Source of the DNA: Octopus vulgaris
Lineage: Eukaryota
DNA: 64,000 bases
Assembly (NCBI GenBank): GCA_951406725.2
Contig: OX597841.1
Coordinates: 22,258,001-22,322,000 of the forward strand
Direction: 5' to 3'
In this document: piece by piece, positions 37,166 to 49,100 of the stretch
How the letters are laid out: each line of letters starts with the position of its first letter
Position numbering within the stretch: the first letter of the stretch is position 1
Notes under the pieces: model-generated
The model's database searches: none
The model's input: only the letters and a program-made list of their open reading frames with translations
What the model was told of the DNA's origin: nothing
Program-made: the position numbers and the translations under genes

Positions 37166-37903
37166 TCACTCTGTATGAATACGTTTGTGTCTAGTCAAGT
37201 TATAACTCTGAGGGAAAGATTTACCACAAATGTCACAGTGAAACCGCTTCTCCCCTGTATGAACACGTATGTGAGATATTAAAGCACTTTGGGAACCGAA
37301 TGATGTAGCACAGACATCACAATGAAAAGGCTTCTCTCCTGTATGAATACGTATGTGTGTAGTCAGGCCACCTTTCTGAAAGAATGATTTACCACAGATG
37401 TCACAGTTAAATGGCTTCTTCCCTGTATGAATACGTTGGTGTGTAGTCAAGTTAATTTTTTTAGAGAATGATTTACCACAGGTGTCACAATGAAATGGAG
37501 TCTCCCCTGTATGAACAAGTATATGAGAGTTTAAAGCACTCTGGTGAGAGAATGATGTACTACAGACATCACAACGATAAGGCTTCTCCCCTGTATGAAT
37601 ACGTCTGTGTCTAGTCAAGTTAAAACTTTGAGGGAAAGATTTATCACAGATGTCGCAGTGAAATGGCTTCTCCCCTGTATGAACACGTTCGTGTGTAGTC
37701 AAGTTACTTATTTTAGAGAATGATTTACCACAGGTGTCACAATGAAATGGATTTTCCCCTGCATGAACACGTTTGTGCATATTTAAGTGACCCTTTTTTG
37801 AGAAAGACTTTTTACAGACATTACAGTCATATGAGAGTTTTTGTTTCCCCTCTTCTCTACCTTCAGGAAAAATCAGTTCCTTCACTTTCTCACTCTTTTC
37901 CAT
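37166..37903 (-). CDS. C2H2 zinc-finger protein E, 245 aa, 8 fingers, truncated like B
   Basis: Same HTE* deletion junction (ggtcactctgtatg) as B; out-of-frame fingers follow at ~36957-37165. Confidence 0.85.
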   Translation of the reverse strand: MEKSEKVKELIFPEGREEGKQKLSYDCNVCKKSFSKKGHLNMHKRVHAGENPFHCDTCGKSFSKISNLTTHERVHTGEKPFHCDICDKSFPQSFNLTRHRRIHTGEKPYRCDVCSTSFSHQSALNSHILVHTGETPFHCDTCGKSFSKKINLTTHQRIHTGKKPFNCDICGKSFFQKGGLTTHIRIHTGEKPFHCDVCATSFGSQSALISHIRVHTGEKRFHCDICGKSFPQSYNLTRHKRIHTE

Positions 37904-39204
37904 TATTTTTCCTTCAAGTTCACAATATACGTTCTTTTTTTATTCTTTTTGCTTCTATAGTCTTTTGTTTACAAATATTTCAACTGTTGTATTTCTGGAC
38001 ACTGTTACCTTTGTCCCAAAACAACTAAATTTATCCACGTTCAATCTGCAAACAGGCTCATCTTGTAGACACACCAGCCAGTGATGTCCAGAAGGTTTGC
38101 TAATAACACAATTCAGAGTAAATATATCAGAGGAATTCCACCATAGATTTGTAGAAACAATCTTATATATCTGTTCAGTAAAATATTTTCATTCTGGTCT
38201 TTAAAAGATGATAAATAATGAGAATGTATCTTTGGTTATGCCAATGTCATCTGATATTCTGAAATAATAAAGAAACAACAGTGTAAGATATAGAGGCTAC
38301 TTAAAAAAATACAGATTCAACATTTCCATAGAGATAAACTCTAGAAATAAACATTTACCTGAACAAAAGAACTATTCACTTTATTAAAATTTACAAGAGA
38401 AAATCTTGTGTGAAGCTAACATATTTGTAAACTCCAGCTCCACATTCACACACATTCTTCTACTTATTTCAGTTGTTTTGACTGTCGCCATGCTGGAGCA
38501 CCACCTTAGAGGGTTTTAGTAGATCAAATCTACCTAGGACTCATTTTTTGAGCCTAGTACATATTGTATTGACCTCTTTTGTGAAACCACTAAATTATGG
38601 GCACATAAACACACATATACATATTTACATTAACACACACACACCGCAAAATCCTAAGTAATTTGCACACTTGTGTTATTGACGCAGGCAATTTTCAGGA
38701 TAAAAATTATTAAAAAAAGCTTGTAAAATTCTCACCCAAAAGTTTTCAGAATTGCCAATATGGCCAGGAGCAAAAGGTTTTCAATTTAGTTGTATTTAGC
38801 ATAATTTCACCTATGATTAGATTTTATTAAACTTTCCTTAAATAAAAATAATTTCTGTTTAACAGGTATCACATTCTGGGGAGAGTCATTTTCTTTTTGT
38901 GCCTTATAACGTAACACACTCACTGGTAAAATTTCCACTTATTTCTTATTTTTATTTTCCTAAAATTTTCGTTGCGTCTTGCAACCTTTTCAAAGCTATT
39001 AAATTACAAAGTGTTTATATTGTTTATAATAAACTTTATTTTACATTTTTTGCCCACAAGATTACGACCAATCTTTAGTATACTGCTGAGGTGTGGCAAA
39101 ATAAGTTTAATTAGCAATAAACATCAGCTTGGATGACACTCAACCGACAGAGGTGACCCATCAAACTGATTATGGAAACAGAATTCTGATGCATAGAACA
39201 CAAC

Positions 39205-39602
39205 TCTTTACTCTCTTTCACTTGTTTCAGTCATTTGACTGCGGCCATTCTGGAGAACCACCTTTAGTCGAGCAAATCGACCCCGAGACTTATTCTTTGT
39301 AAGCCCAGTACTTATTCTATCGGTCTCTTTTGCCAAACCGCTAAGTGACGGGGACGTGAACACACCAGCATCGGTTGTCAAGCGATGCTAGGGGGACAAA
39401 CACAGACACACAAACATATACACACACATACATATATATACATATATACGACGGGCTTCTTTCAGTTTCCGTCTACCAAATCCACTCACAAGGCATTGGT
39501 CGGCCCGAGGCTATAGCAGAAGACACTTGCCCAAGGTGCCACGCAGTGGGACTGAACCCGGAACCATGTGGTTGGTAAGCAAGCTACTTACCACACAGCC
39601 AC
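39205..39602 (-). mobile_element. tRNA-derived SINE family 1 (also ~44340-44710 minus; ~48899-49300 and ~56699-57095 plus; fragments in introns)
   Basis: Head ggcgcaggagtggctgtgtggtaag...ggttcagtccc with A/B-box-like motifs, internal TA/TG microsatellite, aagagt tail. Confidence 0.75.
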
Positions 39603-40339
39603 TAGAAGAGTCAAGTGGGGTTGGTTATAAAGCCATTCTTAAAACAGAACTCCGCCTTCTTTATTTTCTTTTCGTTTTCACAGCAGATCTTATCAGAAAC
39701 ATCATCCGGATACTTTATTCGCAACCTGAATTACAATCGGGTTGAAAGACGATGCGAAATTCCTTGAAAATGAAAAAAGACCACGTTTCGGACTGCAATT
39801 TCGACAACCAATTGCCATTCCTAAACATAATGTAACAACAATAACGATGTAACGAGATTCCAAACAGGCGGGGAATAAAACAAAGAGAAATTGGAAATTA
39901 CTTATTTTGCCCCGCTTACTTATTTCTTCCCCTTCCCTATATCAAGTGACAAACATTCGATAAATTATAATAAAGCATTGGTTTCTCAATATTTCTGTGG
40001 TTGGAGTTTATTTTAAGAATATTTCTCCAACAAAAACAAAAAACAAACTTAAAAGGGAAAACTAGGAAATTACTCATTTTGCCCCGCTTACTAATTTCGT
40101 CCCCTTCCCTATATCAAGTGACAAGCATTCGATCAATTATAATAAAGCATTGGTTTCCCAACATTTCTCTGGTCGGAGTGTATTTTGGGGATATTTCTCC
40201 AACTAAAACACACAACAAACTTAAAGAAGAAACGATGGAGCGTGTGGGAGGTTGCCGCCATAGCTAGAAATAGCAGCCAAATGTCGAACAAAATCTGATT
40301 CACAAAGTATTGAAAGATTAAATGTTTTCGTTGTTTAAT

Positions 40340-41950
40340 ACTTACGGAAATGTCTTTATAAAGGATGGTGTTGTTGTTATGAGTGCGTCAGGTGGAAGAG
40401 AAATGTTTTATAGATTGTGTTTGGGAGAAATTCTAGGCACCAGGGAGTCTTGTACTGCAGTGATGAATGGAGACGGAAGAACGTTTAGTGCGCATGCGTA
40501 TGAGATGTTGGCTTCAAATTTTTAGCACAAGGCCAGCAATATCGAGGGAGGGGTGGGTGCCTAAGTCGAATCCATGGACCAGTGATTTTCAAACTTTTTG
40601 CTGTTGTTGTTATGAGTGCGTCAGGTGGTAGAGAAATGTATTACAAATGTGTTTGGGAGTGAATTGAGAGGAATTCAAAGACGTACTGAATGGAAGCGGA
40701 AGTATATTCTGTGCGCATGCGTATGAAATATTGGTTTCACATTTCGACACAAGGCCAGCAATTTCGGAGGCGGGGGCGGGGGTGCTGCGGCCGGAGGCGG
40801 AGGCGGGGGCGGGGGTGCTGCGGCCGAAGTCGATGACTTGGACGGCGAGCTGGCAGAAACGTTAGCAGGCCGGGCGAAATGCGTAGCCGTATTTCGTTTG
40901 TCGTTACGTTCCGAGTTCAAATTCCGCCGAGGTCGACTTTACCTTTCATCCTTTCGGGGGTCGATAAATTAAGTACCAGTTACGCACTGGAGTCGATGTA
41001 ATCGACTTAATACCTATGTCTGTCCTTGTTTGTCCCCTCTGTGTTTAGCCCCTTGTGGGTAGTAAAGAAATAGGTATTTCGTCTGCCGTCACAAGGGGTT
41101 AAACACAGAGAGGACAGACAAATGGATTAAGTCGATTACATCGACTCCAGTGCGTAACTGGTACTTATTTAATCGACCCCGAAAGGATGAAAGGCAAAGT
41201 CGACCCTGGTGGAATTTTTTGAGACAAATTAAATATTTTTCGAACAAAGTAAATAATTTTTTAAACTAAGTAAATAAATTATTTATTTTTATAAACAAAC
41301 TAAAGTTAGGGTCAAGAAGTCGTTGTAGGATCGACTACTTACGACTAGCTAGCGCGTATGCGCGCACCGGGACCACTGTTCGCTAGTAGTACCCCGGACT
41401 GCAACTTCAACAACTATGATGATTAAATTTCAGTCCTAAATACAATCCAGCAACACTCACAAATATAATGATTCCGAAAAGGTACAGATAAAATTAAGAT
41501 AAGAAATTACTCATTTTGCCCCGCTCAGTAATTATGTCCAATTCTCTATATCAAGTGACAAACATTCGATAAATTATAATAAAGCATTGGTTTCTCAACA
41601 TTTCTGTGGTCGGAGTTTATTTGAGGATATTTCTCAAACTAAAACACACAACAAACTAACGTGGAAAACGATGGAGCGTGTAGAAGGTTGCCGCCATAGC
41701 TAGAAAAAGCAGCCAAATGTCGCACACATCAAAGGACATCTGAGACACAAAGTATTAAACAATTAAATGCTTTCATTCTTTAATACTTACGCAAATGTCT
41801 TTACAAAGGATGGTGTTGTTGTTAGAAGTGCGTCAGGCGGTAGAGAAATGTATTATAAATGTGTTTGGGAGTGAATTGAGAGAAATTCTGGCTCCGGACA
41901 CGTTTGTCAAGGTGCGAAGTATATTCTATGCGCATGCGTATGAAATATTG
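40340..41950 (-). promoter_or_regulatory. Three diverged promoter/first-exon modules upstream of gene E
   Basis: TGCGCATGCG at 40489, 40712 and 41929; donors at 40340 and 41785; the middle copy lacks its own donor. Confidence 0.6.
40845..41075 (+). mobile_element. tRNA-derived SINE family 2 (also ~51652-51825 and ~59412-59592 plus; ~41090-41217, ~53160-53390 and ~60705-60935 minus)
   Basis: Head ggcgagctggcagaaacgttag...gagttcaaattcc (B box) and shared core gtcgac..cctttcggggtcgat..aagtaccagt. Confidence 0.72.
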
Positions 41951-42361
41951 GTTTCACATTTCGACACAAGGCCAGCAATTTCGGTGGGAGGAGGGGGGGT
42001 GCTGCGGCCGAAGTCGATGACATGGACCGCAGTAGTCAACTGGTATTTAATTTATTGAACCCCCCCCCCCCCAGCAAAAAGGTGAAAGGCAAAGTGGACC
42101 ATACAGGAATTTGGGAATACCTACACAATTGTACCTCCCTCGGGTTTCTTTCTTTATAACTTTCAGAGAAAAATTTTTAATGAAATTTTCAATACATACG
42201 CCAAAGATGGTGTAGATTACGACTGCTTTGGAATTTGTTCTGAAGGAAAAAAAACCCCAGAAAACCCAGGCTAACGTTTACAATATTAACGAAATAGAAA
42301 CGAACTAAAAAAGGGCAACGGGTGTAAACTTTCAGGAAAATGGTTTTTTAAATGAAATTTT

Positions 42362-42810
42362 GGATCTTTTCGCTTTGACCGGCAGATTTTTAAAATAATT
42401 TCTTTGTAACTAAACACTTTTAAACTTCGTATACTTGTAGAATGCATTTATAAAACATCTTTTTCTCTTGGCTTCCTTGAGAAAATTCTGTAGTTTGTAA
42501 GCTATTTGTTGTTAAATTTCTTGCATTTCGGCAATTTCAACCAATCAATGACGTCTATTGAGGTGAATTCAATTTCTGACGTAAACATTTTCTGGCAGTG
42601 TCATATGAAAATATCCCTGTTATTAATGAGAAAAAAGATACTCTGTGGCCATAAACTGAGGGGTCACTTGTAAACATAGCTGGATAACAAAACCATTCCC
42701 TATTTAGTGTCCACCCATAATTATGACCCTAGTATCGATCTATTGCATTTTAATCTGTTTTAGGGTTAGGGTTGAGTTAGGGTTAGGGTTATGGGTGGGG
42801 GTAAGGGTAT
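42362..42810. mobile_element. Repeat element with internal (TTAGGG)n, possibly Helentron-associated
   Basis: First half matches the 7102-7618 repeat; TTAGGG-like array at ~42760-42800. Confidence 0.45.
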
Positions 42811-42914
42811 CTACGAGCTGGGATATCAATGTCCTCCTCTAACAATTGTTTGCAGATTTTCACAGCTTTGTTGGTAGAGATACTTGTTCCAGTTACAAAT
42901 CTCATATCAATTGC

Positions 42915-43530
42915 ATCATTATCATCATTGTTTGACCGTGGTCGAGACAATGGAATTTACCATGCTACGCCAGACTTCACGGTCCATCATAGCATCACGG
43001 AGGTCCTGTTGCTGGATGCCTGTATTCCTGGAGACTACATCAGGGTAGGAGAGTGTGCGCCCTCTGGTATCGCGAGTAGATGGCTTCCAAAGGAGAAGAG
43101 TAGAAATTACCTCGTTTTCAGCTCTACAACAATGTCCAGCAAACTGGACTCTTCTACCTTTCACAAGAGATATGTATGTATGTATATATATATATATATA
43201 TATATATCATCATCATCATCATTCGAACATGGTGGAGACAATGGAATTTACTATGTTACGCCAGACTTCATGGTCCATCATAGCATTACGGAGGTCCTGT
43301 TGCTGGATGCCTGTATCCCTGGAGATTACATCAGGGTAGGAGAGTGTGCGCCCTCTGGTACCGCGAGCAGATGGCTTCCAGAAGAGAAGAGCAGAAATTG
43401 CCTTGTTTTCAGCTCTACAACAATGTCCAGCAAACTGGACTCTCCTACCTTTCACAAGAGATGACACAGGTGGTAATTTCCCATATATTTGTACTTTGGT
43501 TGGATGACGCTTCCACGAGAGATTTTGATT
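42915..43530 (-). mobile_element. Two tandem RTE-like LINE 3' ends with (GAT)n tails
   Basis: RRVQFAGHCCR..LLWKP..RGR..AMMDREVWR at 42925-43164 and again at 43219-43530, separated by (TA)n. Confidence 0.8.
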
Positions 43531-44707
43531 TTTACAGACATACATACACACAAACACAAGGGTGTTGTCTATAATGACTATGTATATAGGAGTAACTTCA
43601 TCACCACACACCACTGCCATGGGCTGTAATCTTCTCAACCGTATTCTACACTCCCACTTCAACGGGTCCAATATTAAACTGCTTCCCTTTTTCATATCAT
43701 TCCCATTCTTTCAATACCACAACCCATTTTCACTTACCCAAAGACCTCCACCCCTCATGAACCCTCCCACCCGTACCCCATGTTCTTCTTCTTGTCCACT
43801 TCAATACAGATTCAGCTCAGCATATATCCAACCTCATCCAGTTGATCTTAACCCTTTTGTCACTAACTCGGCCAGCCCCGGCTCTGTGGTAAAATGTCTT
43901 GTTTTTGTAAGTTCTGAATTAAAATCTTCCACCAAACCTTAGTCACAATTTATATTCCTAACACTAGCTTAATTGATAACTAAGTTATTTTACAAATTTC
44001 TTTGTTATATTTAAAATAATTGAAAGAAACTCAGAGTATCTCAAAATAAATACAGTAACGAAACGGTTAATCTTGCATCATCTTTGTTTGTGTTGGTGTG
44101 TGTTTCTCTCATCTTTTACTTGTTTCAGTCATTTGACTGTGGCCATGCTGGGGCAACACCTGAAAGAAATTTTATTCAAATAAATCCACCCTAGTACTTG
44201 TCTTTTTGTTAAGCCTGGCGCTTATTCTGTCAGTCCCTTTTGCTGAACAGCTAAGTCACGAGAAGGCAAACAGACCACCACCAGTTGTCAAGCAATACTG
44301 AGAGACAAACACAAAGATGTATATAGATACGTATATATACTCTTTTACTCGTTTTAGTCATTTGACTGCGGCCATGCTGGAGCACCACCTTTAGTCGAGC
44401 AAATCGACCCCGGGACTTATTCTTTGTAAGCCCAGTACTTATTCTATCGGTCTCTTTTGCTGAACCGCTAGGTGACGGGGACATTAACACACCAGCATCG
44501 GTTCTCAAGTGATGTTGGATGGGACAAACACACATATACATATATACGACGGGCTTCTTTCAGTTTCCGTCTACCAAATCCACTCACAAGGCTTTGGTCG
44601 GCCCGAGGCTATAGTAGAAAACGCCTGCCCAAGGTGCCACGCAATGGGACTGAACCCGGAACCATGTGCTTGGTAAACAAGCTACTTACCACACAGCCAC
44701 TCCTGCG

Positions 44708-44753
<46 letters not shown>

Positions 44754-44754
44754 G

Positions 44755-45241
44755 TGTTGGTTATAATTTTCGCTTGAGTTAACTGTGGCTGGTTCATCTT
44801 GATGTAGCTGTGTGTTGTTATGCATTCACTGGTCTATTCTGTCTGCCTGGAGTTACCGAATACAAAAGAATGACAAGAAGAACCAGGTAAATTCAATGCA
44901 ACTGTTATTTATTGCAACCCCTTATAAAAATACATGGCAAATGTCTTACATATTGTGAAGTAACAGGTTTGGCAAGTTTTAACGAACTCTATCTGGAACA
45001 GTGGGAGTTGTATCACAGTTGAAATTCTGTAGCATGTTCATGGTTTGGTTCTGTGTGTTGGGCAGCATCATTTGTTGTGATCTCATCTCTTTCTCCCCCT
45101 CCTTCTTTCTGCTTAAAAGAGTGAGGAACCATTCCTTATATAACAACAACTAGTGGGCAGGAAGAGAATTTTTCTGCTTTGGGATAAAGACACTTGCTCA
45201 AACACTAATTGGCTAATTAAGACAATTTGATCTTTACAACA
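44755..45241 (-). mobile_element. Candidate solo LTR (related pieces at ~51120-51330, 51870-52380, 58910-59100, 59635-60160)
   Basis: TGTTG...CAACA ends; minus-strand TATATAA followed by AATAAA; no clean TSD. Confidence 0.45.
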
Positions 45242-46072
45242 CAGTTAGTCCAACACTAATCATGTGATCGATGTTGACAATACTGAAATACACACATCAT
45301 CCTAATAATCATTTAATGTCCGTTAACAACAGAAAAACACAAAACTATAGCAAAAGTAAATAAGAAATTTTAAGGAAAATTAACTAAGTGTATGGACTTA
45401 GTTGAAATTTTAAGTCACTTCTGTTAGTAGATTATGAACTTGCTTTAATCAGTAAGTCTGTCAACAACTAAGAAACACAAAAACTTCTCAAAAGTTTATG
45501 AGGAAGTTATAGGCAAATTTAATGAAGTATACAGATTGAAGTCAAATTTAAGAAGTTACTTCCGTCAGTAAATTATGAAATTACTCTTATCAGTAAAACT
45601 CAGTTTTGTCTGTAAATAGCAATTAAAAACTTGTGAAAAAAAAGAGTGAGTGAGATATATATATATACATATATTCAAAATGTGACCACGTGTGTACCGT
45701 TGGCAATTTTTTTCCCTCTGTCTTCCCTTCTCCTATGTTTCCGACAAAGAGCTCCGCTCGAAACGTTAAACCCTCCTTCTTTCCTGAGTGTCCAATAATA
45801 CTATATTTGTTTCACGTCCTTGCGTTGTTGGGTTTTTTTTTCGTTTTTGTGCTTTCATGTTTGGATTAACTTTATATACATATATATATATATATAGAGA
45901 GAGAGAGCTAGCTAGTTAGACAAACAAATAAGATAGATATAGATAGAAAAGATATAGACAAAAAGACACAGAGATATTGAATGTGCAATCATGAGTATCA
46001 TTTTATATATGTGTGTATAAATATATATTTTTCACATGTAAATAAATGCTAAAAGAATGTATTTTCAAATCC

Positions 46073-46078
46073 TTTATT
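46073..46078 (-). terminator. Candidate polyadenylation signal of gene F (equivalents at ~53981 for G and ~61521 for H)
   Basis: Minus-strand AATAAA in a block conserved 280-370 nt downstream of the three stop codons. Confidence 0.45.
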
Positions 46079-46104
46079 CAATGCATTTGTTGTTACTTGT
46101 AGGG

Positions 46105-46329
46105 TTAGCTCTTTAGCATTTAAAGTGGCCATACCTGGTCCAAATTTTCTATCTATCTTATGGTCAAACTAGCCAGAGTTGGCCTCTTGCACCTACCCTA
46201 CAATGTCATTCTAAATACAAACAATCATATCGTAAAACTTGAAAGCTGTGAGATAATGCATGACCAGTTGAAAATAATGTGAATAAATAAACATCACATT
46301 CGACAGAATAACCTGCATGGTAAAGGGTT
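46105..46329. mobile_element. Degenerate piggyBac-like MITE in the 3' UTRs of F, G (~54100-54325) and H (~61640-61865)
   Basis: Ends ttagctctttagcat ... atggtaaagggtt resemble TTAACCCTTTAGCAT TIRs. Confidence 0.5.
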
Positions 46330-46358
46330 CAGTCACCACTCACAGAGAAAAGGTTTTC

Positions 46359-48353
46359 TCATGTATGGAAACGTTTGTGAGTAGTTAAGTTGCCACTTTG
46401 AGAGAATGACTTGCCACAGATATCACAGCGAAATGGCTTCTCTCCTGTATGAACACGCTTGTGACTAGTTAAAGCAGTACTTCCAGAAAATGATTTGCCA
46501 CAGATATCACACTGATATGGCTTCTCTCCTGTATGAATACGCTTGTGACTAGTTAAAGCACAACTCTGAGAAAATGATACCCCACAGATATCACAAGAAT
46601 ATGGTGTCTCTCCTGTATGAATACGTTTATGAGTAGTTAGGTTACTACTGGCAGCAAAAGATTTATTACAGATGTCGCAGTGATATGGCTTCTCACCTGT
46701 ATGAATACGTTTATGATCAGTCAAAGCACAGTTGCGAGGGAATGATTTACCACAGATATTACAAGAATATGGTTTCTCTCCTGTATGTGTACGTTTGTGA
46801 GAATTGAAAGCACTTCGGTCTGAGAATGATTTACTACAGGTGTTACACTGATATGGCCTCTCTCCTGTATGAACACGTTTGTGACGACTGAAATAGCTCT
46901 TCTCAGAGAATAACTTACCACAGACATCACAGCGATATGGCGTCTCTCCAGTATGAATACGTTTGTGTTTAGTTAATCTGTCATTTGTAGACAATGATTT
47001 ACCACAAATGTCACAGTGAAATCGCTTTTTCCCTGTATGAACAAGTGTGTGTGTATTTAAAGCACTTTGATTAGAGAATGATGTACCACAGATATCACAA
47101 TGATAAGGCTTCTCCCCTGTATGAATACGTTTGTGTATAGTCATGTAACCATTTGAGGAGAAGAATTTTCCACAGATATCACAGTGGTATGGCTTCTCTC
47201 CTGTATGGATATATTTGTGTTTAGATAAGTTGAAACTCAAGGAGAATGACTTGCCACAGATATCACAAGGATACGGCTTCTCTCCTGTATGGAAACGTTT
47301 ATGAGTAGCTAAATTGCCACGTTGAGAGAATGATTTACCACAGATTTCACAGCGAAATGGCTTCTCTCCTGAATGGAAACGTTTATGATTCATTAGGGTA
47401 CTACTAAGAGAGAAAGATTTATTACAGATATCACAGTGATACGGCTTCTCTCCTGTATGGACATATTTATGCTTAGCTAAGTTGTCATTTCGGGAGAATA
47501 ATTTACCACAGATATCACAAGAATAAGGTGTCTCTCCTGTATGAATACGCTTGTGAATAGTCAGGGTACTACTTACAGAGAAAGATTTGTTACAGATGTT
47601 GCAGCGATATGGCTTCTCACCCGTATGAATACGTTTGTGAGAATTTAAACTGCTTTTGCTTGAGAGCGATTTGCCACAGATATTACAGGAATATGGTGTC
47701 TCACCTGAATGAATACGTTTGTGCATATTCAAGAGACCCTTATGAGAGAATGATTTACTGCAGATGTTACACTGATATGGCTTCTCTCCTGTATGAACAC
47801 GCTTGTGAGAAATGAAAGTACTTCGGTCAGAGAATGATTTACCACAGATGACACAGTGAAATGGCTTCTCCCCTGTATGAATACGTTTATGAGTAATTAG
47901 GCTATTACTCTGAGAGAAAGATTTGTTACAGATGTCACAGTGATATGGTTTCTCTCCAGTATGAACACGTTTGTGAGAAGTCAAAGAACTGTTGCTAGAA
48001 AATGATTTACCACAGATATTACAGGAATATGGTGTCTCTCCTGTGTGAATACGTTTATGATGCGTTAAAGCACTACTGTGAGAAAATGATTTACCACAGA
48101 TGTCACAGTGAAATGGCTTTTCGCCCGTATGAATACGTTGGTGTGTGGTCAAGTTACTACTTGCAGAAAATGATTTACCACAGACGTCACAGTGAAATGG
48201 CTTCTCTACTGTATGAATACGTTTGTGCTTATTCAAGCTGCCCTTTTGAGAGAAAGACTTTTTACATACATTACAATTATGCGATAATTTCCGTCTCCTC
48301 TTTGCTTTTTCTTCTGGAAAAGTCAAATCCTTTGCTTTCTCACTCTTCTCCAT
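46359..48353 (-). CDS. C2H2 zinc-finger protein F, 664 aa, 23 fingers
   Basis: 23 diverse fingers; ends HT* at a degenerate linker. Confidence 0.93.
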   Translation of the reverse strand: MEKSEKAKDLTFPEEKAKRRRKLSHNCNVCKKSFSQKGSLNKHKRIHTVEKPFHCDVCGKSFSASSNLTTHQRIHTGEKPFHCDICGKSFSHSSALTHHKRIHTGETPYSCNICGKSFSSNSSLTSHKRVHTGEKPYHCDICNKSFSQSNSLITHKRIHTGEKPFHCVICGKSFSDRSTFISHKRVHTGEKPYQCNICSKSFSHKGLLNMHKRIHSGETPYSCNICGKSLSSKSSLNSHKRIHTGEKPYRCNICNKSFSVSSTLTIHKRIHTGETPYSCDICGKLFSRNDNLAKHKYVHTGEKPYHCDICNKSFSLSSTLMNHKRFHSGEKPFRCEICGKSFSQRGNLATHKRFHTGEKPYPCDICGKSFSLSFNLSKHKYIHTGEKPYHCDICGKFFSSNGYMTIHKRIHTGEKPYHCDICGTSFSNQSALNTHTLVHTGKKRFHCDICGKSLSTNDRLTKHKRIHTGETPYRCDVCGKLFSEKSYFSRHKRVHTGERPYQCNTCSKSFSDRSAFNSHKRTHTGEKPYSCNICGKSFPRNCALTDHKRIHTGEKPYHCDICNKSFAASSNLTTHKRIHTGETPYSCDICGVSFSQSCALTSHKRIHTGEKPYQCDICGKSFSGSTALTSHKRVHTGEKPFRCDICGKSFSQSGNLTTHKRFHT

Positions 48354-49069
48354 ATTTTTTCTTTCAAAATTACAATAGATATATTTTTTCCTTCTCTTTG
48401 CTTCTACACTGTTTTGTTTACAAATATTTCAACTGCTGTATTTCTGTCCAGTGATACTTTCGTCTGAATACTCTCTAGTAAACTTATCCAAGTTTAATTT
48501 CCACACAGACACATCTTGTAGACACTCCAGCCAGTGAAGTCCAGAAAGTTTGCTAAGAACACGTTTCAAAGTTGATTTCTACGACACATTTTCAGAAACA
48601 ATCTTATACATCTCTTCTGTACAATATTTTGGTCTTTAAAAGATGATAAATAATGAGAATGTATCTTCAGTTATACCAATGTCATCTGATATTCTGAAAG
48701 AATAAAGAAACAACAGTGTAAGATATAGAGGCTACTTAAAAAATACTGATTCAACATTTCCATAAAGATAAACTCTAGAAATAAACATTTAACTGAACAA
48801 CAGAATTTTAAATTTATTAAAATTTACATCTTATGTGAAGCTAACATATTTGTAAACTCCAATTACACATTCACATTTAAAAATAAATACACACGCAAGG
48901 CACAGGAGTGGCTGTGTGGTAAGTAGCTTGTTTACCAACCACATGGTTCCGGGTTCAGTCCCATTGCATGGCACTTTGGGCAAGTGTCTTCTAATATATC
49001 CTCAGGCCGACCAAAGCCTTGTGAGTGGATTTGGTAGACGGAAACTGAAAGAAGCCCGTCGTATATATG

Positions 49070-49100
<31 letters not shown>

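Larger units (their letters stand above)
385..38600. repeat. Five-copy tandem segmental duplication (periods ~7.2, 7.25, 10.0 and 9.0 kb)
   Basis: Same element order, TE junctions and disabling stop in each copy. Confidence 0.93.

Noticed and set aside
40675-40920. Pro-rich 81-aa ORF
   Set aside because: Translation of the G-rich duplication and a SINE head
46359-48353. Assigning PRDM9 or a ZNF gene symbol
   Set aside because: No SET or KRAB domain; lineage-specific arrays cannot be given orthologous names from sequence alone
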